From Candidatus Bipolaricaulia bacterium (GTDB taxonomy: Bacteria; Bipolaricaulota; Bipolaricaulia; RBG-16-55-9): a stretch of DNA of 64,000 nt. Within the stretch, counting starts at the first letter, position 1; every line of letters begins with the position of its first letter. The notes under the pieces are model-generated. The model had not been told where the DNA came from. It saw nothing but the letters and a program-made list of their open reading frames with translations, and made no database searches. The stretch spans positions 78,293-142,292 of the forward strand of contig JBDGQO010000003.1 of assembly GCA_042219045.1 (NCBI GenBank), given 5' to 3'. This document shows, one piece after another, positions 1 through 8,997 of this stretch. A program made the position numbers and the translations under genes.

Positions 1-198
1 GTCCCGGAAGGGGAGCTCCCGCATCGGGGGACCGTTGTAGCCCATCAAAGCTCATGAAACCCGACCGGCTTCCCGAGGTCAACCCCGCTCGTCCATCGCG
101 GGACCAAAGCTCCAAAGCGCGCAACGGAAGGCGACATTGGCTTTGCTTTGCGGAAGCCTTTCTGCTAGGGTAGGGCGTCAAAGATTGGAGGGACAACC

Positions 199-534
199 AT
201 GTTTGGAGGCCTTGGCGCACCGGAACTGATCGTCGTATTCGCCATCGTGCTCCTGCTTTTCGGCGGCAAGAAGCTTCCGGAAGTGGCCAAGTCGATGGGC
301 AGCGCGATGCGGGCTTTCCGTGACGAAGCCAACTCGCTCAAGCGCGAGATCGACTTGGAAGCCGAATCCGAAACGTCGGGCTCGTCGTCGCAGGGCACGC
401 AGGCGTCGACGGCCGGTGCAGGCGAGCCGGACGAGGACAGCGAGACGACGCGGCAGACGTCCGAGGCATCGACAACCGAGACGACAACTGAGACGGCAGC
501 CGAGACGGAGGACGACAAGTCCCAATCCAGCTGA
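199..534 (+). CDS. tatA: Sec-independent (Tat) translocase subunit TatA/E with long acidic Ser/Thr-rich tail
   Basis: N-terminus MFGGLGAPELIVVFAIVLLLFGGKKLPE (TM helix, FG hinge, amphipathic helix); GGAGG RBS upstream. Confidence 0.92.
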   Translation: MFGGLGAPELIVVFAIVLLLFGGKKLPEVAKSMGSAMRAFRDEANSLKREIDLEAESETSGSSSQGTQASTAGAGEPDEDSETTRQTSEASTTETTTETAAETEDDKSQSS

Positions 535-546
535 GCAGGCGATAGC

Positions 547-1674
547 GTGAACCTTCTCGAATACCAGGGCAAGGAACTGTTTGAACGAGCCGGGCTGCCG
601 GTTCCCGAAAGCGAACTGGCAGACACGGCCAGTGACGCACGCGCCGCCGCGGAACGGCTCGGCCCGCCCGTCGTCGTCAAGGCCCAAGTGGCTACGGGCG
701 GTCGCGGCAAAGCCGGCGGCGTCAAGGTCGCCAAGTCGGGCGATGAAGCCGAGTCGGCGGCCCGCGAGCTGCTGGACATGACGATCCAAGACGAGCCGGT
801 CAAACGGCTCATGGTTGCTGATGCCGTCGACATCGCCAAGGAGTACTATCTCAGCATCACGCTGGATCGAGCAAAGCGATCGCCGATACTGATCTTCTCT
901 ACCCAGGGCGGCGTGGACATCGAGGAGGTCGCCGAGACCTCGCCAGACGAGATTCACCGAGTCCACGTGTCCCCCTTGGAGGGCCTGCAGGCATACCAGC
1001 TCCGCAAGGTCTTTTTCGAGGCCCAGGTTCCGACGGAGCAGTTGAAGGGGCTCGTACGGACGGCCCAGGCGCTCTATCGGGCGTTCGAGGCCTATCGGGC
1101 TCAGCTCGTGGAAATCAATCCGTTGGTCGTCCTGGCTGACGGGTCGCTGTCGGCCATCGATTCCAAGTTCATCCTCGACGACAGCGACCTGCCGGAGGAC
1201 GTGCCGCAGGGCCACGGCGAGGGCGTCGATCCCCTGGAGCAGGAGGCCAACGAAGCCGGGCTCCAGTACGTCAAACTCGACGGCCACGTCGGCATCATCG
1301 GCAACGGCGCCGGCCTCGTGATGTCCACGCTCGACGTCGTCCAGCTCAAGGGCGGCGCGCCCGCCAACTTCCTCGACATCGGCGGCGGCGCCTCGGCCGA
1401 GCAGATGGAGACCGCGCTCCGTCTGGTGCTGAGCGACGACCAGGTCACGGGCGTGTTCATCAACATCTTCGGCGGGATCACGCGCTGCGATCTCGTCGCG
1501 CAGGGCATCGCGCAGGCGGCCGAATCCCTTGACATCCAGGTGCCCGTTGTCGTCAGGCTCGTCGGCACGAATGAGGCCGAGGGCCGCGAGGTATTGGAGA
1601 GCGTCGAGGGACTGCATCCCGTATCCGCCATGGAGGTCGGTGCGGAGCAGATCGCCGAGCTGACCCGTTCCTGA
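547..1674 (+). CDS. sucC: Succinyl-CoA ligase beta subunit
   Basis: MNLLEYQGKELF, VVKAQVATGGRGKAGGV, EINPL, GNGAGLVMST, NFLDIGGGA, NIFGGITRCD motifs; GTG start. Confidence 0.95.
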   Translation: MNLLEYQGKELFERAGLPVPESELADTASDARAAAERLGPPVVVKAQVATGGRGKAGGVKVAKSGDEAESAARELLDMTIQDEPVKRLMVADAVDIAKEYYLSITLDRAKRSPILIFSTQGGVDIEEVAETSPDEIHRVHVSPLEGLQAYQLRKVFFEAQVPTEQLKGLVRTAQALYRAFEAYRAQLVEINPLVVLADGSLSAIDSKFILDDSDLPEDVPQGHGEGVDPLEQEANEAGLQYVKLDGHVGIIGNGAGLVMSTLDVVQLKGGAPANFLDIGGGASAEQMETALRLVLSDDQVTGVFINIFGGITRCDLVAQGIAQAAESLDIQVPVVVRLVGTNEAEGREVLESVEGLHPVSAMEVGAEQIAELTRS

Positions 1675-1742
1675 ACCGGGCGTGCATAACGGCCGGTCGG
1701 ACGGTACCGTAAGCCTAACCTGTAAAAGCGAGGGAGCATTCG

Positions 1743-3803
1743 ATGAGAATTGCCCGTGCGGTTGCGTTCAGTGCGCTGGTGTTGGCGCTTGGGGTCATGA
1801 CTTGGTCGGCAACCGGTCAAGTCTCGTCGCCGTCATTCCTGTTCATGGACGAGCTCGAAGCCGGCATGGAAGGGATCGGGAAGACGACGGTCCGCGGCAA
1901 CGAGATGGCGACGTTCAACGTCAAAGTCGTTGGGACCGTGGACAATCCGGGCGATACGAACGACTACATTATGGTCCGATCCCACGGCGAGGCGATCGAG
2001 ATGGCCGGCGGCTATGCTCAGGGCATGAGCGGTAGCCCCATCTACGTCAACGACAAGCTGATTGGCGCATTCTACGGCGCGTTTGCGTTTAACGACAGCG
2101 CCAACCCGATCGGGTTCGTCCGGCCGATCGAGACGATGCTGCCCATCGCCGAAAGCGTCGCCCAACAGGCCGCCGACGGGGACAAGCAGCAGGGCATGTT
2201 CGACCCGCAGACCCCGGTCCATCCGGCCCTGGCCAGCGCCCTCTCGAAAGCCTTGCCCAATGACATCGACAAGGTCCAATACGCGTCAACGCCTCCCTCG
2301 CTGACCGAACGACGAGCCCATCCGGAGACGGCTTACGCCGTTCCCATGAGCACCTCGCTGTGGGTCGGAGGCCTGAGCGGCCGCGCGCTGGCGTCGCTCA
2401 AGTCCGGTGTGCCGTCTGAGATCTTGAGGACGAGTGCGCCCGGTCTCATGGACCTCGGCGGGCCATTGACCGACCGACTGCGTGACACCTTGACCAAGGG
2501 CGTGCAGGAACGCTTCGACAAGCGCGTGCTGCCCATGGCGTCCGCGCAGGAGGGCTCCGGATCCAAGAAGGAATTTGCCGAGCTGGAGGCCGGTCGTCCG
2601 ATGTCGGCACAGCTCGCCCAGGGCGACGTCTCCTTCGGCAGTGTCTGCACGACGAGCTACGTCGACCCGGCGTCCAACGTTCTACTCGCTTGCGGGCACC
2701 AGATCTTCATGACGGGCAAGTCGAGCATGTTCTTGAGCAAGGCGCGCGTCGTGGATACGGTCAAAAGCGCCCAAATTTCCTTTGTATTGCCACAGGTGAG
2801 CCGAAATGCCGTCCACGGCACCATTCGCCAGGATCGTGCCCAGGCCATCGGCGCCTCGCTCGGCGATGGGCCTCGCTCCATCGACCTGAACGCCCAGGTC
2901 GTCGATCGGGCCACGGGGAACGAGCGCAAATTCAAGGTCCGTATGGCCGATAGCGGTAACTTGCTGGGATCGCTCGTCTACTCCAGCCTGTTGCAGGCCG
3001 TCGACAGCACCATCAATCGCATCGGTCAAGGAACCATGAGCATCAGCTATTCGATTGACGGCGAGAATTTGCCCCAGCCTCTGCAGCGGAACGACGTGTT
3101 CGCTAGCCAGAGCGACGTCGCCGTCCAGGGCCCGCTCCAAGTGGCCCAAGCGGTTCTGCTCCTCAAACAGAACGAGTTCAAGGATCCGAAGATCACCAAC
3201 GTGGACGTCAAGATCGAGGTCAAGAAGCCGCTGCAGCAGTTCCGAGTGATGGCGATCAGCACCGACAAGGACACCTATCAACCCGGCGAAACCGTCCAGT
3301 ACTCGGCCAAGCTGCGCGCATTCCGCGGCGAGGAGCAAACCGTTGAGGGCAAGATCGAGCTTCCGGACGACGTCCAGCCGCGCCAGGTGACGATCCGGGT
3401 CGCCGGCGGCGCGCGGCAGCAACAGCAATCGAACAGCAGCGGATCCAAGAAGCCAGAGTTTTCCGACTTGGAAGGGCTTATCAAAGCCGTCGAGAGCTCG
3501 GAGACGAACGACCAGCTCACGGTCGAGTTGCTCGGCCTGCCCAGCTCGGCATCCAACGGCGACGCCGACGAGCGCCAAACCGCTTCGGTGTCCTTCGGCG
3601 ACGTCAAACGGCTCGGCACCGGCATCGTCACGGGCGTGGAACGGACGTCGCTCAAAATCAGCCGGGCAAGTGACGACGGCGATCGAGGTGAGTCCGAGGA
3701 GGGCGAGACCTCGGATGACTCAACGGAGGACGCCGACAACGACGATGAAGACTCCTCGGACGACGAGGCGGACGACGGCTGCTCGTCGAACTACTACTGC
3801 TGA
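1743..3803 (+). CDS. Exported SpoIVB-like peptidase S55 domain protein
   Basis: Signal peptide; GMEGIGKTTVRG, QGMSGSPIY and LLACGH motifs typical of S55-domain proteins; acidic C-terminal tail; GAGGGAG RBS. Confidence 0.75.
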   Translation: MRIARAVAFSALVLALGVMTWSATGQVSSPSFLFMDELEAGMEGIGKTTVRGNEMATFNVKVVGTVDNPGDTNDYIMVRSHGEAIEMAGGYAQGMSGSPIYVNDKLIGAFYGAFAFNDSANPIGFVRPIETMLPIAESVAQQAADGDKQQGMFDPQTPVHPALASALSKALPNDIDKVQYASTPPSLTERRAHPETAYAVPMSTSLWVGGLSGRALASLKSGVPSEILRTSAPGLMDLGGPLTDRLRDTLTKGVQERFDKRVLPMASAQEGSGSKKEFAELEAGRPMSAQLAQGDVSFGSVCTTSYVDPASNVLLACGHQIFMTGKSSMFLSKARVVDTVKSAQISFVLPQVSRNAVHGTIRQDRAQAIGASLGDGPRSIDLNAQVVDRATGNERKFKVRMADSGNLLGSLVYSSLLQAVDSTINRIGQGTMSISYSIDGENLPQPLQRNDVFASQSDVAVQGPLQVAQAVLLLKQNEFKDPKITNVDVKIEVKKPLQQFRVMAISTDKDTYQPGETVQYSAKLRAFRGEEQTVEGKIELPDDVQPRQVTIRVAGGARQQQQSNSSGSKKPEFSDLEGLIKAVESSETNDQLTVELLGLPSSASNGDADERQTASVSFGDVKRLGTGIVTGVERTSLKISRASDDGDRGESEEGETSDDSTEDADNDDEDSSDDEADDGCSSNYYC

Positions 3804-3806
3804 CCG

Positions 3807-5252
3807 TTGACTGGCGGCATGCGATCAATCAAGCGCGTCGCCGAGGTCCTGGATGCGCCGATCCATCATCCGACTCGGGCGCAACCCCTGACAGGCGCTT
3901 CCATCGACAGTCGGACGATCCAGCCCGGCCAGCTGTTCGTGGCGCTTTCGGGTGAGCGCACGGACGGCCACCGGTTCCTGGAGGACGCATTCCGTCGAGG
4001 AGCGAGTGGCGCGCTTGTACACGACGTTCCCACGGGCGATCAGGCAGGCCTCGCCAACTGCATCCAGGTCCCCGATCCGCTAAATGCCCTCCAGAAGCTG
4101 GCAACTCAACGCCGGGCCGAGTTGTCGATCCCGGTCGTCGGGATTACCGGCAGCGCTGGCAAGACCACGACGAAGGAACTGATTTATGCCGTCCTGAGCG
4201 AGCGGTATCAGGTGTATTGCAGCCCTGGCAACTTCAACACCGAGATCGGGCTTCCGCTTGCCCTGTTGAACGTGCCGGACGAAACTGACGTCGCTGTCGT
4301 CGAGATGGGCCTCCAGCATCCGGGCGATATCCAGGAGCTTGCGGAGATTGGCCAGCCGACCCACGGCGTGTTGACCAGCATCGGCGACGCGCACATCGGT
4401 CACTTCCGCGACCAAGCTGGGCTGGCTCACGAAAAGTGGTCGCTTATGGAGGCTGTGCCCGCGTGGGGAACAGCGGTGCTCAACGTCGATGCGCCCTTCG
4501 CCGCCGAATGGCGTCAGCATTTGGCATGCGAGACATGGGCACTCAGTCTCGAGCGCACGGACGTCGACATGGGCATCGTCGACATCGACGACACGCAGCT
4601 CGAGGGCTTCGTCCTGACCGCCTCGGTCGAGGGCCAAGCCGTTCCCATCGAGACGCAACTGCTGGGTCGCCACAACGGGTACGCCGTGCTGGCAGCGCTT
4701 GCGACGGGCCGAGCCTTTGAAGTCTCCATCGAGGCCATTCAGCGGGCGATCGCGTCATTCTCCCCGATCGCACACCGCATGGAACCGAAGCGAGCGCCTC
4801 AGCACGGCCTCATCGTGGATGATACCTACAACGCCAGTCCGACCGCCGTTCGGGCGGCGCTGAAGACGCTGACTCGCCTCAAGGAAGATATTCCCAAGTT
4901 CGCCGTTCTTGGCGACATGCGAGAGCTTGGCGACCGGGCTGACACCGAGCACGTATCGCTGGCGGAGGATGTCAACGAGCTCGGCATCGACACGGTCCTG
5001 ACGATCGGCGACTTCGCCAAGCATATCACGGATCAATTGCGCCGACGGCACGGATGGTCGGCGGATCGCGCGATCCATGCAACCGAGATTGAGGATTTGG
5101 AAAACGAGCTGGCCAAGCGCACGCGCAAAAAGGGCGCACTCGTTCTTGTGAAGGGATCTCGCGCGATGGAACTCGACCAGTTCGTCGACCGCCTGGTGAC
5201 GCCGATCCGGGCATCGGATCCTATGAGTTCGCATGATCCCGATCGCGCATAG
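3807..5252 (+). CDS. murF: UDP-N-acetylmuramoyl-tripeptide--D-alanyl-D-alanine ligase
   Basis: IDSRTI, GITGSAGKTTTKE P-loop, NFNTEIGLP, DDTYNASP, LGDMRELG, VKGSRAM; start TTG 3807 or ATG 3819. Confidence 0.95.
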   Translation: MTGGMRSIKRVAEVLDAPIHHPTRAQPLTGASIDSRTIQPGQLFVALSGERTDGHRFLEDAFRRGASGALVHDVPTGDQAGLANCIQVPDPLNALQKLATQRRAELSIPVVGITGSAGKTTTKELIYAVLSERYQVYCSPGNFNTEIGLPLALLNVPDETDVAVVEMGLQHPGDIQELAEIGQPTHGVLTSIGDAHIGHFRDQAGLAHEKWSLMEAVPAWGTAVLNVDAPFAAEWRQHLACETWALSLERTDVDMGIVDIDDTQLEGFVLTASVEGQAVPIETQLLGRHNGYAVLAALATGRAFEVSIEAIQRAIASFSPIAHRMEPKRAPQHGLIVDDTYNASPTAVRAALKTLTRLKEDIPKFAVLGDMRELGDRADTEHVSLAEDVNELGIDTVLTIGDFAKHITDQLRRRHGWSADRAIHATEIEDLENELAKRTRKKGALVLVKGSRAMELDQFVDRLVTPIRASDPMSSHDPDRA

Positions 5253-5429
5253 CGACGTCCACCGCCTCGAAGCCAACTCCGAGATCGCCCAAGTGACGCT
5301 CTGTTAAAGCGTTTTCGGCCGCAAGTGCGTCGGATGATCAACGTCGCACGCTGATCGAGGAATGCTTCGTGTTCCGACTATCCTCTCTGTCTTTGCGTTG
5401 TTTGCGCAAATCGGTTATATACGGGGCAT

Positions 5430-5915
5430 ATGGTGACCACTGTCCGTCGTGTGACATGGGCCTCGCTCAGTGGCGCTGCCGGCATTGCCGCTGCTGACCA
5501 GGCCACCAAGGCCATCGTCGTGCGATCCATCCCTCATCCATCGAGGATTTGGGACGGAGCTCTCGGCTACGTCGAGATCGACTTGGCGCACAACAGCGGC
5601 GGCGCGTTCAGCCTCTTCGCCGACTACGGCACGGCGCTGACGGTGGTTACCGGCGTGGTGATTGTCGCGATCGTCGCCGTGCTGGTCTCAGGGCGCGTGC
5701 CCCACCCGATGGCATCCCTTGGGCTGACGGGGATTGTCGGTGGGGCGCTCGGGAACTTCATCGATCGCGTTCGACTCGGCTACGTCGTCGACTTCATCGA
5801 GATCGGGGCCTCGTCGACGTTGCGCTGGCCCACGTTCAACGTGGCCGACGCGTCCATCGTGGTCGGGACGGGGCTTTTGGTGTTCTATCTCGTGCGCAGC
5901 GAGGTGCAAGCGTGA
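5430..5915 (+). CDS. lspA: Lipoprotein signal peptidase II
   Basis: DQATK, NSGGAFS, GALGNFIDR, VVDFI, FNVAD motifs; hydrophobic segments. Confidence 0.93.
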   Translation: MVTTVRRVTWASLSGAAGIAAADQATKAIVVRSIPHPSRIWDGALGYVEIDLAHNSGGAFSLFADYGTALTVVTGVVIVAIVAVLVSGRVPHPMASLGLTGIVGGALGNFIDRVRLGYVVDFIEIGASSTLRWPTFNVADASIVVGTGLLVFYLVRSEVQA

Positions 5916-6574
5916 TCGACGGAACGTTCATCGCGTTGGAAGGGATCGACGGCAGCGGCAAGACGACGCATATGGATCGGCTCGCCGATCACATGCGCGG
6001 CCTCGGCCATGACGTCGTCACCGTGGAGGAGCCGGGCGGCACGGACGTCGGCGAGCGACTTCGGGAGCTGCTTCTACACGCCCGCGGCACCCTGGCTCCG
6101 CTCAGCGAGCTGCTCATGCTCGAAGCGTCCCGCCACGAACTGGTCCGCCGAGAGATTCGCCCCGCGTTGGAGCGTGGCTCCGTCGTCATCTCCCATCGCT
6201 ACGACTATTCCAGCGTCGCCTACCAGGGCTACGGGCGCCAGCTGGACACGGATCTGATCCGTCATCTGAACGCCGAAGCGACCCAGGGCATCCGTCCGGC
6301 CTTGGTGCTCTGGCTGGATATCCCGACGGAGGTTGCGTGGGAGCGCCTGCAGGATGCGCGTTGGCCCGATCGATTGGAGAGGGAAGGCTCGGCGTTTCTG
6401 GAGCGCGTGGCCGAGGGCTACCGTGCACTGGATCAGGAGTGCCCAGAGATGGTTCGCATTGACGCCAACCAGCCCGCCGATGAGCTTTTCGAGGCTCTTT
6501 TGAGAGCCATCGAGCGCGAGACCGCTTTGCCGATGGCGTCAGGGGAAGGAGGATTCAATGGAATTTCAGTGTGA
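5912..6574 (+). CDS. tmk: Thymidylate kinase
   Basis: FIALEGIDGSGKTT, EPGGT, SSVAYQGYGR; GTG start overlaps the lspA stop (GTGA). Confidence 0.95.
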   Translation: MIDGTFIALEGIDGSGKTTHMDRLADHMRGLGHDVVTVEEPGGTDVGERLRELLLHARGTLAPLSELLMLEASRHELVRREIRPALERGSVVISHRYDYSSVAYQGYGRQLDTDLIRHLNAEATQGIRPALVLWLDIPTEVAWERLQDARWPDRLEREGSAFLERVAEGYRALDQECPEMVRIDANQPADELFEALLRAIERETALPMASGEGGFNGISV

Positions 6575-7682
6575 CAAAGCCGCCATGGCGTTCGGCGTGA
6601 AAACGGCCAGTCGGGCACTGGGATCGGGGAGCACGTTGCCCATCCTTGCCGGGCTGAAACTGTCCGTGCAGGGATCCGAGCTCAAGCTCGTCGCGACCGA
6701 CCTCGAACGCGCCATCGCGACCACGATTCCGATCGAGAATCAGGGCGGCGATGGAGAATGCGTGCTGAGCGGCCAGCTGTTGGGCAAGATCACCGGTCGC
6801 CTTCCGGCCGATACGGTCAGCGTCCATATGGACGAGGCCGGCGACAAGCTCGTCATCAGCTCAGGCGATGCCACGTTTGAGCTGCTGCTCTTGCCCTTGG
6901 AAGACTTTCCGGACATTCCCGAGGTGCCGGAGGAGCCGCTCTGCGTCATCGAGCGCGAGCGCCTAGTAAGGGCATTGGAGCGTACGACCTTTGCCGCGAT
7001 GAGCGCCCGCGAGACCTCGCGGCTCAACCTCACGGGCGTGGACATCCTGACCGAGGGCCAGTCGATGAAGTTGGTCGCTACCAACGGCTACCGACTGGCG
7101 CTCAAGGAGGAACAGCTCCAATCCGAGCCGCCCGAGGGGGAATATCTCGTCGACGCCGACGCCCTGAAAGACCTGCAGACCATCCTGAGCAGTCTCGACG
7201 ACGAGACCGTCACGCTCGCTCACGGAAGCGACCACCTGTTCGCCCAAACCGAGGGGGTTACGTTCGCAGCGCGCTTGATCCAGGAAGAGTATCCGGACTT
7301 CGAGCGGGTCATCCCCTCGGATAACTCGGTCGGCCTGCGTCTCAATCGCGACGCGTTTCTCGACGCGCTCGGCCGCGCGGAAATCACGACGGCCACCGAA
7401 TCCGGCGCCGTCATTCTGGAGTCGCGGGACGGCACGCTTCTGGTGCGATCCTCGTCCGCGGAGAAGGGTCAGGCAGAGGAGCGTGTCCCGTTGCTCAAAG
7501 ACGCCGAATCCCTGTCTGTCTCCTTCCGCGGCGAGTATCTCATCGACGCGCTTCGGCGCATGACGTCGTCGGACGTCGTCCTGTGGCTGAAGGACGGCGA
7601 AAGCGCGGGGCTGTTGGAACCGAGCGATGGCGAGGACGACCAGGGATTTCTCTACGTCTGCATGCCGATCCGTATGGATTGA
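6558..7682 (+). CDS. dnaN: DNA polymerase III beta clamp
   Basis: LPILAG, ATDLE, ATNGYRL, EYPDFERVIP, YLIDAL, C-terminal MPIR; 374 aa; GAAGGAGG RBS. Confidence 0.93.
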   Translation: MEFQCDKAAMAFGVKTASRALGSGSTLPILAGLKLSVQGSELKLVATDLERAIATTIPIENQGGDGECVLSGQLLGKITGRLPADTVSVHMDEAGDKLVISSGDATFELLLLPLEDFPDIPEVPEEPLCVIERERLVRALERTTFAAMSARETSRLNLTGVDILTEGQSMKLVATNGYRLALKEEQLQSEPPEGEYLVDADALKDLQTILSSLDDETVTLAHGSDHLFAQTEGVTFAARLIQEEYPDFERVIPSDNSVGLRLNRDAFLDALGRAEITTATESGAVILESRDGTLLVRSSSAEKGQAEERVPLLKDAESLSVSFRGEYLIDALRRMTSSDVVLWLKDGESAGLLEPSDGEDDQGFLYVCMPIRMD

Positions 7683-7818
7683 TGCTCATCCGTGATCGTC
7701 ATAAGGATGACTCAAGCGTGGCGTCACTTGCTCGATTCAGTTACGGGCAGGAAGGCAACCGAAGCGCCGTCCTCGAGAGCGTTTGTAGGCTGCGGAGGGG
7801 CTGGACTGGTACGGTCTG

Positions 7819-8955
7819 TCAGTCCTCGTCATCGCCGCCATCATCGCCGCGTCGACGAATAAAGGTGGGGATGTCCCAATCCCCGGGACGTTCGCGCTTC
7901 TCTGTTGATGGCGAATCGTCGCTGTGGTTGTTGCGGTCGTGGTTGAACTGCGCCTCGTACTCCTTGAACTCGTCCTCGGATTCCAGTTCCTCGAACTCCT
8001 CATCCTCGATCGGCTTAAACCCGGTCGCGATAAGCGTGATCTTCAATCCGTCAAAATCATCCTTGACCGTCGTGCCGAAGAAGATGTCGGCGGATTCGCT
8101 GACCGCGTCTCGGATCAACTGGGCGGCTTCGGTGACTTCTTCCAGCGTCAGGTCCGTGCCGCCGGTGATGTTCATGATGACGCGTTGGGCCCCCTCGACC
8201 GAGCCCTCCAGCAGCGGACTCGTGATCGCGCTGCGGGCGGCCTCGCGGGTGCGGCTTTCGCCTTCGCCTTCGCCGATGCCCATGAGCGCTGTGCCCGCCT
8301 TGCGCATGGTCGTCTCCACGTCGGCGAAGTCCATGTTGATCATGCCGGGCGTCGTGATCAAGTCGGTGATGCCCTGCACGCCTTGACGCAGAATGTCGTC
8401 AACCAGGTCAAACGCCTGCATCAGAGGAAGATCGGCAGGGGCAACCTTCAGAAGCCGATCGTTCGGGATCGTGATGAGCGTGTCCACGTACTGGCGCAGC
8501 TCTTCGATGCCCTTCTTGCAGCGTTCGGCCCGCTGGTGCCCTTCGAAGGCAAACGGCCGCGTCACGATCCCCACGTTGAGCACGCCGGCCTCCTGGGCCA
8601 GTCGAGCGATCACGGGCGCCGCGCCCGTGCCGGTGCCGCCGCCCATGCCCGACGTGATGAAGAGCATGTCGATGTCTTCCAGGATATCGTGGAGTTCGCC
8701 CTCGGATTCCTCGGCCGCGCGACGTCCGACATCGGGGTCACCACCGGCTCCCAATCCCCCGGTCAGCTTGGAGCCGATCTGGACGTGTTGGTGCGCTTCA
8801 ATCACTTCGAGCACCTGCGCGTCGGTATTGACGGCCACGAGGTCCACGTCCTTGACCTTGGCCTGCACCATGCGACTGACGGCGTTGCACCCGCCGCCAC
8901 CGACCCCGACGACTCGAATGCGGGCGAGCCCATTGTTGCTGCGTGCCCGTTCCAT
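7819..8955 (-). CDS. ftsZ: Cell division GTPase FtsZ
   Basis: VVGVGGGGCNA, GLGAGGDP, GMGGGTGTGAAP tubulin signature, NMDFADV, C-terminal DIPTFIR; ATG 8955 follows GGGAGGAG (ORF track extends to 8973). Confidence 0.98.
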   Translation of the reverse strand: MERARSNNGLARIRVVGVGGGGCNAVSRMVQAKVKDVDLVAVNTDAQVLEVIEAHQHVQIGSKLTGGLGAGGDPDVGRRAAEESEGELHDILEDIDMLFITSGMGGGTGTGAAPVIARLAQEAGVLNVGIVTRPFAFEGHQRAERCKKGIEELRQYVDTLITIPNDRLLKVAPADLPLMQAFDLVDDILRQGVQGITDLITTPGMINMDFADVETTMRKAGTALMGIGEGEGESRTREAARSAITSPLLEGSVEGAQRVIMNITGGTDLTLEEVTEAAQLIRDAVSESADIFFGTTVKDDFDGLKITLIATGFKPIEDEEFEELESEDEFKEYEAQFNHDRNNHSDDSPSTEKRERPGDWDIPTFIRRRGDDGGDDED

Positions 8956-8997
8956 GACTCGCTCCTCCCTCATCTCATGTCCAACATGCCCAACTCG

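Noticed and set aside
1..30. SRP RNA domain IV (CCC GGAA GGG)
   Set aside because: It is followed by GAGCT rather than the conserved AGCA, and the upstream half lies outside the window.
380..530. Repetitive GAC/GAG/ACG-rich stretches here and near 3670-3780, 43100-43280 and 45600-45700 as tandem repeats or CRISPR
   Set aside because: They encode low-complexity acidic protein tails and lack fixed-length repeat-spacer structure.
5252..5347. GCGACGT/ACGTCGC inverted repeat after murF as an ncRNA or riboswitch
   Set aside because: Only short GC-rich stems with no recognisable family motif; compatible with chance.
5549..5911. N-terminal extensions in the ORF track for tmk (also fabZ, yraN, ftsL, csaB, rsmH, tpiA, grpE, rhomboid, rqcH, deoC, menC)
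   Set aside because: They overlap neighbouring genes or promoters; downstream starts match family lengths and RBS or overlap patterns.
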